Shown here piece after piece: positions 26,936 through 38,889 of a stretch of 64,000 nucleotides of DNA. How positions within the stretch are numbered: the stretch's first letter is position 1; each line of letters opens with the position of its first letter. The DNA is taken from the NCBI RefSeq assembly GCF_030384885.1, contig NZ_CP128613.1, one strand, 5' to 3'. Source of the DNA: Escherichia coli. Lineage in GTDB: Bacteria > Pseudomonadota > Gammaproteobacteria > Enterobacterales > Enterobacteriaceae. Below the pieces are notes generated by a model. The model had not been told where the DNA came from, did not search any database, and worked only from the letters and a program-made list of their open reading frames with translations. The position numbers and the translations under genes were made by a program.

Positions 26936-27924
26936 CTTATCTCCGATATCAACTTATTGGTTATTATTTCAAGATTTAAATTTTGAAAAACGGTTTGAGC
27001 TGGCAAATCTGCAAGAGACATACTTGTAGAACGACACTCTACTTGATTCTTCCCATACCCACCAATTAATCCCGGATCGGTAGGTCCATAAACCGTGATA
27101 TTGGGTCTATCCAGTGCCGCCGTTAAATGGCTTAACCCCGTATCCACCGACACCACAAATTTAGCCCCGGCCAGCACGCGGGCAACGCCTTCCAGACTCA
27201 TCTTCGGCAATACTTCAACATAAGCAAATCCTTCCGCCAGTCGTTTCGCCCGTTCTTCCTCATGCGGCGCGCCCCACGGAAGTTTAATCCGTATTCCTGA
27301 ATCAGCCAGTAAACCAATCAATTCTCGCCAGTGTTCTTCCGGCCAGTGTTTATCATCTCGGGTTGTTGCATGAAGAAATACGGCATATTCGCCAGCATCT
27401 GTAGGCAGGTTCGTCAGGAAATGCTGTGCGATAGCATAATCGCCCTGAGTCTGCGGTTTGCTATAGCCCAGACTTTTGGCAAACAGTTCGCGGGTGCGTT
27501 CTACGGCGTGCTGCTGTTTTGCAATATGATGTTTACGATTGTAAAACAGGCTGGCTAAAGGTTCGCGAGCGGTTTGCCAGTCCATTCCATGCTTTACGCC
27601 ATGCGCCAGACGCGTCACCAGCGCCGCGCTTTTTACCAGCCCCTGAGCGTCGATAATTGCGTCATAGTTCTCTGCTTGTAGCGCTTCACGAAACGCTTTC
27701 CGTTCAGCTTTTATGGGGGCCGAGAACCAGGCTTTACGCCAGCGACGTATTGCCACAGGAATAACTCGCTCAACGGCGGCGTGCCAGGAAGGAATTTGTG
27801 CGAACCCTTCTTCCACCACCCAGTCAAACTTAATCCCCGGGATTGCCTGCTGGGCATCAGTGAGTGCGGGCAACGTATGGAGAACATCGCCCATCGACGA
27901 TGTTTTAACGATCAAAACCCGCAT
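26932..27924 (-). CDS. waaC: LPS heptosyltransferase I WaaC
   Basis: ORF MRVLIVKTSSMGDVLHTLPALTDAQQAIPGIKFDWVVEEGF... Confidence 0.95.
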   Translation of the reverse strand: MRVLIVKTSSMGDVLHTLPALTDAQQAIPGIKFDWVVEEGFAQIPSWHAAVERVIPVAIRRWRKAWFSAPIKAERKAFREALQAENYDAIIDAQGLVKSAALVTRLAHGVKHGMDWQTAREPLASLFYNRKHHIAKQQHAVERTRELFAKSLGYSKPQTQGDYAIAQHFLTNLPTDAGEYAVFLHATTRDDKHWPEEHWRELIGLLADSGIRIKLPWGAPHEEERAKRLAEGFAYVEVLPKMSLEGVARVLAGAKFVVSVDTGLSHLTAALDRPNITVYGPTDPGLIGGYGKNQVECRSTSMSLADLPAQTVFQNLNLEIITNKLISEIR

Positions 27925-27927
27925 CCG

Positions 27928-28974
27928 TCAGGCTTCCTCTTGTAACAATAGCGCGTTGAGTTCTTCCAGTACGCGCTGGGGAGTAATGTCGATCAAACTC
28001 TGGTGATAACCCTCCGCAGCATCACCTTTACGCACTTTGTGATAGCCGGTAATCAGGCGGATCACACGCGCTTTATGGGATAGCGGCGGTGTGAAGTCCG
28101 GGCTACTCGGACCATACAGGGCAACCAGCGGACGATTGAGCGCCGCCGCAACGTGCATCAGGCCAGAATCGTTAGTGACAATGGCTTTACAGGCTGCAAT
28201 CAGGATAACTGCTTGATCAAGCTGTGTTTCCCCCGCCAGGTTCCGGCACCATGCCTGCTGCTCGGTATTCAAAGCGGCAAGAATCTCATTGCCCGCTTCA
28301 TGATCTTTCGCCGAGCCAAACAGAACCACCTGATAACCTTCATCAATCAGCTGCTTTGCCAGCTCTGCATAATGGTAGTGTGGCCAGCGTTTCGCCGGAC
28401 CAAACTCCGCGCCCGGGCAAAAGCCAATCATCGGACGTTCTGATGAGAGCGAAAATTGATTACAGGTATATGATTTTTCACCTTCGCTCACCTGCAACTG
28501 CGGCCATAACAATGGCTGCGGCAGATCTTGTGCGGTACGCATAATGCCTTTGTCATAGGCCAGCGCGACATAGCGTTCCACCATTAGCGGCCAGGCTTCT
28601 TTATCGAGCACGCGTACATCGTTAAGTAAACCGTAGCGCATCTCGCCGCGCCAGCCGGTGCGATGAGGAATACCCGCGAAGAAAGGCACTAATGCGGACT
28701 TGAAGGAGTTGGGTAAGACGTAGGCGCGGTCGTAGCGCTTTTCACGCAGACTATGACCCAGTTTGCGGCGTTCGCCGATTTCCAGCGCTCCGTGACCGAG
28801 AGGCATAGGGATAGCTTCGTTAACTTCCGGCATCCGCGATAACAATGGACGGCACCATGCCGGTGCCATCACGTCGATTATCGCCTGGGGATAGCGCGCC
28901 TGGAGCGTGCGATAGAGACTTTGCGACATCATCATGTCGCCAACCCAAGACGGGCCGATCACCAGTATTTTCAT
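27928..28974 (-). CDS. waaF: LPS heptosyltransferase II WaaF
   Basis: 348-aa ORF MKILVIGPSWVGDMMMSQSLYRTLQARYPQAIIDVMAP... Confidence 0.97.
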   Translation of the reverse strand: MKILVIGPSWVGDMMMSQSLYRTLQARYPQAIIDVMAPAWCRPLLSRMPEVNEAIPMPLGHGALEIGERRKLGHSLREKRYDRAYVLPNSFKSALVPFFAGIPHRTGWRGEMRYGLLNDVRVLDKEAWPLMVERYVALAYDKGIMRTAQDLPQPLLWPQLQVSEGEKSYTCNQFSLSSERPMIGFCPGAEFGPAKRWPHYHYAELAKQLIDEGYQVVLFGSAKDHEAGNEILAALNTEQQAWCRNLAGETQLDQAVILIAACKAIVTNDSGLMHVAAALNRPLVALYGPSSPDFTPPLSHKARVIRLITGYHKVRKGDAAEGYHQSLIDITPQRVLEELNALLLQEEA

Positions 28975-28983
28975 GCAGAGCTC

Positions 28984-29916
28984 TTATGCGTCGCGATTCA
29001 GCCAGGCCATGTATTCCGTTACACCTTCAGCAACGGTTTTGAACGGTTTGTCGTAACCCGCCGCGCGCAGATTCGTCAGATCTGCCTGAGTGAACGCCTG
29101 ATAGCGGCCTTTCAGTTTATCCGGGAACGGAATGTATTCGATCTGGCCTTTCTTGTGATAAGCAAGCGTAGCATCTGCTACTGCCTGGAAGGATTCTGCA
29201 CGACCGGTGCCGAGGTTGAAGATGCCGGAAACGCCATTTTCCAGGAACCACAGATTCACATCAGCCACGTCGCCCACATAGACGAAGTCACGTTTGAAGT
29301 TCTCGCTACCTTCGAACAGCTTCGGTGATTCACCGTTGTTAAGCTGAGTGTTGAGATGGAAAGCGACGCTCGCCATGCTGCCTTTATGGCCTTCACGCGG
29401 TCCATAAACGTTGAAATAGCGGAAGCCAACAATCTGTGAGTTTGCTTCTGGCAGGATTTGGCGAACATATTCATCAAACAGGAATTTTGAGTAACCGTAG
29501 ACGTTCAACGGTTTTTCGTACTCGCGGGATTCAATAAAGTCGGAGGTGCGACCGCCGTAAGTGGCCGCGGAAGAGGCATACAGGAACGGGATTTCGCGTT
29601 CCAGACAGTAGTGCAGCAGCTCTTTGGAGTATTGATAGTTGTTATCCATCATATACTTGCCATCCCACTCGGTGGTGGAAGAGCACGCGCCTTCGTGGAA
29701 AATCGCTTCGACATCGCCGAACTCTTCGCCAGCCATAATCTGGATCAGGAAGTCTTCCTTATCCATATAGTCCGCGATATCCAGATCGACCAGGTTCACA
29801 AACTTGGTGCCGTCTTTCAGGTTGTCCACCACCAGAATATCGGTGATGCCTTTATCATTCAGGGCCTTAACGATGTTGCTGCCGATAAAGCCCGCGCCGC
29901 CGGTAACGATGATCAT
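28984..29916 (-). CDS. hldD: ADP-L-glycero-D-manno-heptose 6-epimerase HldD (RfaD)
   Basis: 310-aa [42 protein letters not shown]... Confidence 0.98.
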
Positions 29917-30204
29917 AACTGTAACCTTCGAATTATGGAGTCAGAGACAATCTCAGACACGAATGTCTGTAATCATACCATCACATCCGAATCCCTTCAG
30001 CCCTTTACATAAAGATGCAAGGATGCTAATTGCAACAAACTAGTTTTAGTTTTAGCGAGTCCTTCATGGCGGATGTTGGTTTTGCACGTGAATAGTGCTT
30101 TAGTATCAATATTCCGATGTTTGATAAATAACTGAAGCATTTGAATGGATAATATACAGTATACATTCTGTTAATATTTATGATATAATTCCATTTTTAT
30201 TTTA

Positions 30205-31077
30205 ATGGTCTTATTAGTAATGAAATCATCCACCACAATTATCACTGCTTATTTTGACATTGGTAGAGGGGATTGGACTGCTAATAAAGGGTTCCGTGAA
30301 AAACTGGCACGCTCAGTAGACGTTTATTTCAGTTACTTTGAGCGTCTGGCCGCACTTGAAAATGAGATGATTATTTTCACTTCTGCCGATTTGAAACCAA
30401 AGGTAGAAGCTATTCGCAACGGAAAACCAACAACGGTTATCGTTATCGATATAAAAAAGAAATTTAGACATATCAGAAGTCGTATCGAAAAAATTCAAAA
30501 AGATAAGTCATTTACAAATAGACTTGAGCCTCGACAATTAAAAAATCCAGAGTACTGGTCGCCAGAATATGTATTGGTATGTAACCTTAAAGCCTATTTT
30601 GTAAATAAAGCTATCAACATGGGGTTAGTGAAAACACCTCTTGTAGCGTGGATAGATTTTGGTTATTGCCGCAAGCCAAATGTAACACGAGGCTTGAAAG
30701 TTTGGGATTTCCCATTTGATGAAAATAAGATGCATTTTTTTACTATAAAAAAAGGGCTTACTGTCACATCTCAACAGCAGGCTTTTGATTTCATGATTGG
30801 TAACCATGTATATATTATTGGCGGCGCAATTGTTGGTTCCCAGCATAAATGGAAAGAATTCTATAAACTGGTTCTGGAAAGCCAAAAAATAACACTAAAC
30901 AATAACATTGTGGATGATGACCAGGGCATTTTTGTCATGTGCTATTACAAACGCCCCAATCTCTTCAACCTAAACTATCTGGGGAGAGGAAAATGGTTCG
31001 ATTTGTTTCGCTGCTTCAGGAGTAACACTTTAGGGGCAAAAATGCAGGCGCTGAGAATTTTTCTTTCAAGAAAATAG
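30205..31077 (+). CDS. htrL: HtrL/YibB family protein
   Basis: 290-aa low-GC ORF between hldD and kbl, matching htrL (yibB) position; start could be the Met at 30220. Confidence 0.85.
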   Translation: MVLLVMKSSTTIITAYFDIGRGDWTANKGFREKLARSVDVYFSYFERLAALENEMIIFTSADLKPKVEAIRNGKPTTVIVIDIKKKFRHIRSRIEKIQKDKSFTNRLEPRQLKNPEYWSPEYVLVCNLKAYFVNKAINMGLVKTPLVAWIDFGYCRKPNVTRGLKVWDFPFDENKMHFFTIKKGLTVTSQQQAFDFMIGNHVYIIGGAIVGSQHKWKEFYKLVLESQKITLNNNIVDDDQGIFVMCYYKRPNLFNLNYLGRGKWFDLFRCFRSNTLGAKMQALRIFLSRK

Positions 31078-31350
31078 CCTTTCTTCCCTTAGTGAGTAGC
31101 GCTTGATAGCAGATGATAAAGAAAAAATGGTGCCAGGCATCATTTTTTCTTTTTATATCAATGGAATAAATCATCCATCGTAATGCCCTTCAAAAAACAT
31201 GTACGCTTTTTGTACGGTCCGTAGATATTAACAGACATCAACATTCACGTTATTTATCCTGAATTTTGCAGAAGTGTTAACGCGTCATCTCGTCGCAACC
31301 TATAAGTTTGGGTAATATGTGCTGGAATTTGCCCTGTCTGGAGAATCGCA

Positions 31351-32547
31351 ATGCGTGGAGAATTTTATCAGCAGTTAACCAACGATCTGGAAACCGCAAG
31401 GGCGGAAGGGTTGTTTAAAGAAGAGCGCATTATTACGTCTGCGCAACAAGCAGACATCACTGTGGCTGATGGAAGCCACGTCATTAACTTTTGTGCCAAT
31501 AACTATCTCGGACTGGCGAATCATCCGGATCTGATTGCGGCGGCAAAGGCGGGAATGGATTCTCACGGTTTCGGCATGGCTTCGGTGCGTTTTATTTGCG
31601 GCACTCAGGACAGCCATAAAGAGCTTGAACAAAAACTGGCGGCCTTCCTGGGGATGGAAGATGCGATTCTCTACTCTTCCTGCTTTGATGCTAACGGTGG
31701 CCTGTTCGAAACGCTGTTGGGCGCGGAAGACGCCATTATCTCCGACGCACTGAACCACGCGTCTATTATTGATGGTGTGCGTCTGTGCAAAGCTAAACGC
31801 TATCGTTATGCCAACAACGATATGCAGGAGCTGGAAGCACGTCTGAAAGAAGCGCGTGAAGCCGGTGCGCGTCATGTGCTGATTGCCACCGATGGTGTGT
31901 TCTCGATGGACGGCGTGATTGCCAACCTGAAAGGTGTTTGCGATCTGGCAGATAAATACGATGCCCTGGTGATGGTAGACGACTCCCACGCCGTTGGTTT
32001 TGTCGGTGAAAATGGTCGTGGTTCCCATGAATACTGCGATGTGATGGGCCGGGTCGATATTATCACCGGCACGCTCGGTAAAGCGCTGGGCGGGGCTTCT
32101 GGTGGTTATACCGCGGCGCGCAAAGAAGTGGTTGAGTGGCTGCGCCAGCGTTCTCGTCCGTACCTGTTCTCCAACTCGTTGGCACCGGCCATTGTTGCCG
32201 CTTCCATCAAAGTGCTGGAGATGGTTGAAGCGGGTAGCGAGCTGCGTGACCGTCTGTGGGCGAACGCGCGTCAGTTCCGTGAGCAAATGTCGGCGGCGGG
32301 CTTTACCCTGGCGGGTGCCGATCACGCCATTATTCCGGTCATGCTTGGCGATGCTGTAGTGGCGCAAAAATTTGCACGTGAACTGCAAAAAGAGGGCATT
32401 TACGTCACCGGTTTCTTCTATCCGGTCGTTCCGAAAGGTCAGGCGCGTATTCGTACCCAGATGTCTGCGGCGCATACCCCTGAGCAAATTACGCGTGCGG
32501 TAGAAGCGTTCACGCGTATTGGTAAACAACTGGGCGTAATCGCCTGA
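31351..32547 (+). CDS. kbl: 2-amino-3-ketobutyrate CoA ligase (glycine C-acetyltransferase)
   Basis: 398-aa [41 protein letters not shown]... Confidence 0.98.
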   Translation: MRGEFYQQLTNDLETARAEGLFKEERIITSAQQADITVADGSHVINFCANNYLGLANHPDLIAAAKAGMDSHGFGMASVRFICGTQDSHKELEQKLAAFLGMEDAILYSSCFDANGGLFETLLGAEDAIISDALNHASIIDGVRLCKAKRYRYANNDMQELEARLKEAREAGARHVLIATDGVFSMDGVIANLKGVCDLADKYDALVMVDDSHAVGFVGENGRGSHEYCDVMGRVDIITGTLGKALGGASGGYTAARKEVVEWLRQRSRPYLFSNSLAPAIVAASIKVLEMVEAGSELRDRLWANARQFREQMSAAGFTLAGADHAIIPVMLGDAVVAQKFARELQKEGIYVTGFFYPVVPKGQARIRTQMSAAHTPEQITRAVEAFTRIGKQLGVIA

Positions 32548-32560
32548 GTGAGGATGTGAG

Positions 32561-33586
32561 ATGAAAGCGTTATCCAAACTGAAAGCGGAAGAGGGCATCT
32601 GGATGACCGACGTTCCTGAACCGGAACTCGGACATAACGATCTGCTGATTAAAATCCGTAAAACAGCCATCTGCGGGACTGACGTTCACATCTATAACTG
32701 GGATGAGTGGTCGCAAAAAACCATCCCAGTACCGATGGTTGTAGGCCATGAATATGTCGGTGAGGTGGTTGGCATCGGTCAGGAAGTGAAAGGCTTCAAG
32801 ATCGGCGATCGCGTTTCTGGCGAAGGCCATATCACTTGTGGTCACTGTCGCAACTGTCGTGGTGGCCGTACCCATTTGTGCCGCAACACGATAGGCGTTG
32901 GTGTTAATCGCCCGGGCTGCTTCGCCGAATATCTGGTGATTCCGGCGTTCAACGCTTTCAAAATCCCCGACAATATCTCCGATGATCTGGCTTCCATTTT
33001 TGATCCCTTCGGTAACGCCGTGCATACCGCGCTGTCGTTTGATCTGGTGGGCGAGGATGTGCTGGTCTCTGGTGCAGGCCCGATTGGTATTATGGCGGCG
33101 GCGGTGGCGAAACACGTTGGTGCACGTAACGTGGTGATTACTGATGTTAACGAATACCGCCTTGAGTTGGCGCGTAAAATGGGTATCACCCGTGCGGTTA
33201 ACGTCGCTAAAGAGAACCTCAATGATGTGATGGCAGAACTGGGCATGACCGAAGGCTTTGATGTCGGTCTGGAAATGTCCGGTGCGCCGCCAGCGTTTCG
33301 TACCATGCTCGACACCATGAACCACGGCGGTCGCATTGCGATGCTGGGTATTCCGCCGTCTGATATGTCTATCGACTGGACCAAAGTGATCTTTAAAGGC
33401 TTGTTCATTAAAGGTATTTACGGTCGTGAGATGTTTGAAACCTGGTACAAGATGGCGGCGCTGATTCAGTCTGGCCTCGATCTCTCGCCGATCATTACCC
33501 ATCGTTTCTCTATCGATGATTTCCAGAAGGGCTTTGACGCTATGCGTTCGGGCCAGTCCGGGAAAGTTATTCTGAGCTGGGATTAA
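32561..33586 (+). CDS. tdh: L-threonine 3-dehydrogenase
   Basis: 341-aa [46 protein letters not shown]... Confidence 0.98.
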   Translation: MKALSKLKAEEGIWMTDVPEPELGHNDLLIKIRKTAICGTDVHIYNWDEWSQKTIPVPMVVGHEYVGEVVGIGQEVKGFKIGDRVSGEGHITCGHCRNCRGGRTHLCRNTIGVGVNRPGCFAEYLVIPAFNAFKIPDNISDDLASIFDPFGNAVHTALSFDLVGEDVLVSGAGPIGIMAAAVAKHVGARNVVITDVNEYRLELARKMGITRAVNVAKENLNDVMAELGMTEGFDVGLEMSGAPPAFRTMLDTMNHGGRIAMLGIPPSDMSIDWTKVIFKGLFIKGIYGREMFETWYKMAALIQSGLDLSPIITHRFSIDDFQKGFDAMRSGQSGKVILSWD

Positions 33587-33595
33587 CACGAACAA

Positions 33596-33622
33596 GGGCT
33601 GGTATTCCAGCCCTTTTTCCTG
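33596..33622 (+). terminator. Rho-independent terminator of kbl-tdh
   Basis: aagggctggtattccagccc hairpin followed by ttttt. Confidence 0.85.
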
Positions 33623-33823
33623 AGGATAATCCGTTAAATATGTAAAATCCTGTCAGTGTAATAAAGAGTTCGTAATTGCGCTGATCTCTTATATAGCTGC
33701 TCTCATTATCTCTCTACCCTGAAGTGACTCTCTCACCTGTAAAAATAATATCTCACAGGCTTAATGGTTTCTTAATACAAAGCCTGTAAAACATCAGGAT
33801 AACTTCAGAGGTCGTCGGTATTT

Positions 33824-34858
33824 ATGATGAACAGCACCAATAAACTCAGTGTTATTATCCCGTTATATAATGCGGGAGATGATTTCCGTACTTGCATGGA
33901 ATCTTTAATCGCGCAAACCTGGACTGCTCTGGAAATCATTATTATTAACGATGGTTCAACGGATAATTCTGTTGAAATAGCAAAGCATTACGCGGAAAAC
34001 TATCCGCACGTTCGTTTGCTGCATCAGGCGAATGCCGGCGCATCGGTGGCGCGTAATCGTGGGATCGAGGCGGCGACGGGTAAATATGTCGCTTTTGTCG
34101 ATGCTGACGATGAGGTCTATCCCACTATGTACGAAACGCTGATGACCATGGCGTTAGAGGACGACCTCGACGTGGCGCAGTGCAACGCTGACTGGTGTTT
34201 TCGTGAAACGGGAGAAACCTGGCAATCCATCCCCAGCGATCGCCTTCGCTCAACCGGCGTATTAACCGGCCCTGATTGGTTGCGGATGGGGCTTTCTTCC
34301 CGCCGTTGGACTCATGTTGTCTGGATGGGGGTTTATCGTCGTGATGTCATTGTTAAAAATAACATTAAATTTATTGCCGGATTACATCATCAGGATATTG
34401 TCTGGACAACAGAATTTATGTTTAACGCGCAACGCGTGCGATATACCGAGCAATCGTTATATAAATATTATTTGCATAATACGTCAGTGAGCCGATTGAA
34501 TAGACAGGGAAATAAAAACCTTAATTATCAACGCCACTATATTAAGATTACCCGACTGTTGGAAAAGTTAAATCGCGATTACGCAGACAGAATAGTGATT
34601 TACCCGGAATTTCATCAACAAATAACTTACGAAGCATTACGTGTTTGCCATGCGGTACGTAAAGAGCCAGATATTATTACCCGCCAACGGATGATTGCTG
34701 AGATATTTACTTCCGGTATGTATAAGCGCCTGATTTCCAATGTACGCAGCATAAAGGTGGGTTATCAGGCGTTACTGTGGTCTTTCCGCTTATGGCAATG
34801 GCGCGACAAAACGCGGTCGCACCATCGCATTACGCGTAGCGCCTTTAATTTGCGCTAG
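33824..34858 (+). CDS. waaH: GT2 glycosyltransferase WaaH (YibD)
   Basis: 344-aa ORF MMNSTNKLSVIIPLYNAGDDFRTCMESLIAQT... with DxD (VDADDE). Confidence 0.93.
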   Translation: MMNSTNKLSVIIPLYNAGDDFRTCMESLIAQTWTALEIIIINDGSTDNSVEIAKHYAENYPHVRLLHQANAGASVARNRGIEAATGKYVAFVDADDEVYPTMYETLMTMALEDDLDVAQCNADWCFRETGETWQSIPSDRLRSTGVLTGPDWLRMGLSSRRWTHVVWMGVYRRDVIVKNNIKFIAGLHHQDIVWTTEFMFNAQRVRYTEQSLYKYYLHNTSVSRLNRQGNKNLNYQRHYIKITRLLEKLNRDYADRIVIYPEFHQQITYEALRVCHAVRKEPDIITRQRMIAEIFTSGMYKRLISNVRSIKVGYQALLWSFRLWQWRDKTRSHHRITRSAFNLR

Positions 34859-35804
34859 CGTTAAGTTTTGCCGCTTCGGGCTGCTTGCCCCAGCCTTGCC
34901 ACTGATGCTGGAAGTAAACGATCAGCGTGCTCTGGCTGATGCTTTCGCTTAATACTTCAAAGAAGCGATTAGCATAAACCGGTTCCAGCGGTTTCTTCGG
35001 TTTACACAGTTTCACGCCACGGAACGGATTATGCGGTGCATCAGGCACAGCGTTTTTCGGCGGTGTAGAAGTATCAACCTGCGGTTCATTCAGCAAGCTG
35101 CTGGCTTTCACCAGTGTAATGTCTGGCGGCAGGTTATAAACCATCTGTTGCAACACGCGTACCGTTGAAGGGTGAGGATGCCCAATGGCAATGGTCGAAC
35201 CGTTGCGACGCGCCAGGTCAATTGCACGATTAAACTGCACACGGATGTCTGCTTCGTTCTGTGAATCGTCGAGAAACACCTTCCGTTTAATAACCTTCAC
35301 GCCAGTGCCTTGCGCGGCGCGCATCGCCTGGGTATTACCGATGGTTACGCTGTCGAGGAAGTAAAGATTGTAACGCGCCAGTGCCTGCATCACTTTCTGC
35401 ATGCCAAACAGGTTAGAGGTCATCTTGCTACCCATGTGGTTGTTGATCCCCACGGCATAGGGCACGTTATTGACCGCACTACGAATAATGCGCTCAATTT
35501 CGTCGCTGCTCATCTCCGGGCGCAGCGTATTTTTCTCCAGCGGCTGTTTACTCAACGGTGCCATTGGCAGATGAATCAACACTTCGTGACCGCTGTTATG
35601 CGCTTTGGTCGCCATCTCTCTGGCGTGCGGTGAATCGGGTAATACAGCGACGGAGATAGCGGAAGGCATCGCCAGCACCTGGTTTTCGTTGTGCGGGCGA
35701 TACCCAAAATCATCAATGACGATGGCAAGTTTGCCAGCAAGTACAGGGGAGGAGAGCGCCAACAGAGCGGCAAATGCAAGAACGTTACGACGAAATGGAA
35801 ACAA
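34845..35804 (-). CDS. yibQ: Divergent polysaccharide deacetylase family protein YibQ
   Basis: 319-aa ORF with an N-terminal signal peptide (MFPFRRNVLAFAALLALSSPVLAG). Confidence 0.92.
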   Translation of the reverse strand: MFPFRRNVLAFAALLALSSPVLAGKLAIVIDDFGYRPHNENQVLAMPSAISVAVLPDSPHAREMATKAHNSGHEVLIHLPMAPLSKQPLEKNTLRPEMSSDEIERIIRSAVNNVPYAVGINNHMGSKMTSNLFGMQKVMQALARYNLYFLDSVTIGNTQAMRAAQGTGVKVIKRKVFLDDSQNEADIRVQFNRAIDLARRNGSTIAIGHPHPSTVRVLQQMVYNLPPDITLVKASSLLNEPQVDTSTPPKNAVPDAPHNPFRGVKLCKPKKPLEPVYANRFFEVLSESISQSTLIVYFQHQWQGWGKQPEAAKLNASAN

Positions 35805-35807
35805 AAC

Positions 35808-37067
35808 TTATCTTCCCAACCACGGCTGTGGATTGACCGCCTGACCCTGGCGGCGAATTTCGAAATAGAGTGAAGGCCGACCCTGACCGCCACTGCTGCC
35901 CACCAGTGCAATTGGCTGGCCCGCGCGAACCTGCGAACCAACGCTCACCAGTGCGCTCTGATTATAGCCGTAAAGACTCATGTCGCCTTTACCATGCTCA
36001 ACCACCACCACCAGACCGTAGCCTTGCAGCCAGTCAGCCAGAATCACCCGACCGTCGGCAATCGCTTTAACTTCAGTACCTTCAGAAGCACCAATCACCA
36101 TCCCTTTCCAGCGCAGCTCACCCTGTAGCTGTTCACCATAGCGATGCAGCGTCGGCCCGCGAACCGGCCAGAATGCCTGACCACGCGGCGCGCCCAGGCC
36201 ACCAGTTCGGGACATCAGCGATTTTTCGCTTTCGGTCGGTTTGTAGGTGGTGCCTTTGCGCGTCGCTTCTTTCTGACGGTCGCGAACCGCCTGGGCTTCG
36301 CGCGCCTCACGTTCAGCACGCGCTTTCGCTGCCGCTTCCGCACGGGCAATGCTGTTACGCAGACGAGATTCGTTGGCGCGCAGCTCGCTCAACTGTTGTT
36401 GACCTTGCTGGATGGAAGACTCTAGCCCAGCCAGCGTCTTTTTACGCTCGTTCAGCGCCTGGGTCAGCTTCGCCTGTTGGGCGCGCTGCTCATATAACAG
36501 TGTTTGTTGCTCGCTCTGTTTCTCTTCCAGCTCGGCGCGTTGCATAGCGACTTCTTCACGCGTTTGTTTCAACTGAGCAATGGTTTCTTGTCGCGCCTGG
36601 TTGAGATAACCGAAATAAGCCTGTAAACGCTGACCACGCTGGCTTTCTTCACCGCTGAGAATGAGCTGAATACCGGTATGCTCGCCCTGACGAAACGCGG
36701 CATCCAGTTGCGCGGCGAGGCTGCGTTCCTGGGCGGCTTTTTGCTGCTCCAGTTTGGCAATCGATGCGTTCATCTCATCAATCTGTTTATTCAGTTGATT
36801 GAGTGTGTTTTGCGTTTCGCGCAGCTTGCGAGTGGCTTCAGAGATCGCTTCTTCCTGCTTTTTCAATTGTGCGAGCAGGCTTGCGCGTTGTTGTTGCTTT
36901 TGGCGTACCGCGCGCTCTTTCGCGGCGATATCGGCCTGAATAGATTTGAGTTGGTCGCGATCATCCGCGTGGGCGGAAAAGGCGCACAACAATACGCCAG
37001 CGCTAAGAACGCTGGCGTAGATGATAGGCCTGATTGCAAACCTGCGCGGTTTCACGGCCCGTGTCAT
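35808..37067 (-). CDS. envC: Murein hydrolase activator EnvC
   Basis: 419 aa from MTRAVKPRRFAIRPIIYASVLSAGVLL...; long coiled coil plus C-terminal LytM (M23-like) domain; the ORF track is 8 codons longer. Confidence 0.95.
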   Translation of the reverse strand: MTRAVKPRRFAIRPIIYASVLSAGVLLCAFSAHADDRDQLKSIQADIAAKERAVRQKQQQRASLLAQLKKQEEAISEATRKLRETQNTLNQLNKQIDEMNASIAKLEQQKAAQERSLAAQLDAAFRQGEHTGIQLILSGEESQRGQRLQAYFGYLNQARQETIAQLKQTREEVAMQRAELEEKQSEQQTLLYEQRAQQAKLTQALNERKKTLAGLESSIQQGQQQLSELRANESRLRNSIARAEAAAKARAEREAREAQAVRDRQKEATRKGTTYKPTESEKSLMSRTGGLGAPRGQAFWPVRGPTLHRYGEQLQGELRWKGMVIGASEGTEVKAIADGRVILADWLQGYGLVVVVEHGKGDMSLYGYNQSALVSVGSQVRAGQPIALVGSSGGQGRPSLYFEIRRQGQAVNPQPWLGR

Positions 37068-37100
37068 GGTATTAATCGCCTTTCCCCTCATGGGGAGGGA

Positions 37101-38645
37101 TTATTCCACGATGAACAGCGGCTTACCAGTCATCTCTTGCGGGATTTCCATACCCATCAGCGACAACATGGTCGGCGCGATGTCAGAAAGTTTGCCGCCT
37201 TCAACCGCTTTCACGTTCTTATCGCCAACGTAAATCAGCGGAACAGGCAGGTTGGTGTGCGCTGTGTGCGCCTGACCCGTTGCCGGATCGCGCATCTGTT
37301 CAGCGTTACCGTGGTCAGCGGTGATCAGCAGTTGTCCACCTACAGACTCAACCGCTTTCGCAACTTCATCCACGCAGTGATCCAGCGCTTCAACGGCTTT
37401 AACCGCTGCTTCCATCACCCCGGTGTGACCTACCATGTCGCCGTTAGGATAGTTACAGATGATAGTGTCGTATTTGCCGCTCTTGATGGCCGCAACCAGT
37501 TTTTCGGTCAGCTCTGCGGAGCTCATTTCCGGTTGCAGGTCGTAAGTAGCGACTTTCGGTGAGTTGATCAGAATGCGATCTTCGCCTTTGAACGACTCTT
37601 CTACGCCACCGTTGAAGAAGAAAGTGACGTGGGCATATTTTTCGGTTTCGGAAATACGCAGCTGAGTTTTGTCGTTTTTCGCCATCCACTCGCCGAAGGT
37701 GTTAACCAGAGAAGCTGGCGGGTAAGCAACCGCAGTTTTGATGTCAGCAGCGTATTCGGTCAGCATCACGAAATCGATGTTAACTACTTTCTTACGCGCG
37801 AAGCCGTCGAAATCAGCGTTCACGAAAGCACGAGTGATTTCACGCGCGCGGTCAGCACGGAAGTTCATGAAAATCAGCGCGTCGCCGTCTTCCATTGCCG
37901 CGTCTGGCTGGCCTTCAGCACGGATAACGGTCGCTTTCACGAATTCGTCGTTTTCGTCGCGAGCATAAGCAGCCTGCAAACCGGCAACAGCGGTGTCGGC
38001 CTGGAATTCGCCCTGCGCCAGCGTCAGCAGGTCATACGCTTTTTCAACGCGATCCCAACGATTGTCGCGGTCCATGGCGTAGTAACGACCAATGATGGAC
38101 GCTACGCGGCCTTTGCCCAGCGCGGCAAATTTCTCTTCGAATTTTTTCAGCGAGGATTCAGCACTGCGCGGCGGGGTGTCGCGACCGTCAAGGAATGCGT
38201 GCAGGTAGATTTTTTCTGCGCCGCGTTCCGCTGCCAGTTCTACCATCGCCATGATGTGATCTTCGTGGCTGTGTACACCACCTGCGGACAGCAGACCCAT
38301 AATGTGTACTGCTTTGCCCGCATTTTTCGCTTTATCTACCGCACCAGTCAGCACCGGATTAGCGAAGAAAGCGCGATCTTTGATTTCAACGTCCAGACGA
38401 GTCAGGTCCTGATACACGATGCGGCCGGCACCCAGGTTAACGTGGCCTACTTCGGAGTTACCCATTTGACGGTCAGGCAGACCGACTTCCAGACCGGAAG
38501 CGTCGATCAGGGTATGCGGACGATTGGCCCACAGTGCATCCATTACCGGGGTTTTAGCACTAAAAATGGCGTTATCCTGCTGTTCTTCGCGATAGCCATA
38601 GCCATCCAGAATCACCAGTACCATAGGTTTTTTAGAAACCGACAT
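37101..38645 (-). CDS. gpmM: 2,3-bisphosphoglycerate-independent phosphoglycerate mutase
   Basis: 514 aa from [36 protein letters not shown]...; the ORF track reads 48 codons further upstream; the ATG at 38643..38645 was checked. Confidence 0.96.
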   Translation of the reverse strand: MSVSKKPMVLVILDGYGYREEQQDNAIFSAKTPVMDALWANRPHTLIDASGLEVGLPDRQMGNSEVGHVNLGAGRIVYQDLTRLDVEIKDRAFFANPVLTGAVDKAKNAGKAVHIMGLLSAGGVHSHEDHIMAMVELAAERGAEKIYLHAFLDGRDTPPRSAESSLKKFEEKFAALGKGRVASIIGRYYAMDRDNRWDRVEKAYDLLTLAQGEFQADTAVAGLQAAYARDENDEFVKATVIRAEGQPDAAMEDGDALIFMNFRADRAREITRAFVNADFDGFARKKVVNIDFVMLTEYAADIKTAVAYPPASLVNTFGEWMAKNDKTQLRISETEKYAHVTFFFNGGVEESFKGEDRILINSPKVATYDLQPEMSSAELTEKLVAAIKSGKYDTIICNYPNGDMVGHTGVMEAAVKAVEALDHCVDEVAKAVESVGGQLLITADHGNAEQMRDPATGQAHTAHTNLPVPLIYVGDKNVKAVEGGKLSDIAPTMLSLMGMEIPQEMTGKPLFIVE

Positions 38646-38889
38646 TGCGACAACCTCATACTCAAGAGTCAAAATTTGCGTAATTTTACTACAGCTGAAT
38701 CGATAAAATAGCCTCTGAAGATCAAAATATACGACCGCTCGCGGCAAGCCGATGCCAGATTTACGCTTTTTTTTCGTAGCGCCCCGCAAAATTGCATTCC
38801 AGTTAACGCGCTGGCTGTATTTGCCGCACCGCGCAGGTATACTCCTTTCCTGGTTTTTTTAATCACTACGTCGGGAGTTGTTACCCCCC

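Noticed and set aside
26932-27924. Possible unusual C-terminus of WaaC (330-aa ORF, longer than the 319 aa I recall for K-12)
   Set aside because: I cannot verify the K-12 C-terminal sequence from memory; the difference may be normal core-type variation at the waaC-waaL junction.
31375-33595. Long minus-strand ORFs (431 aa and 341 aa)
   Set aside because: Antisense to kbl and tdh, which match the known enzymes over their full length.
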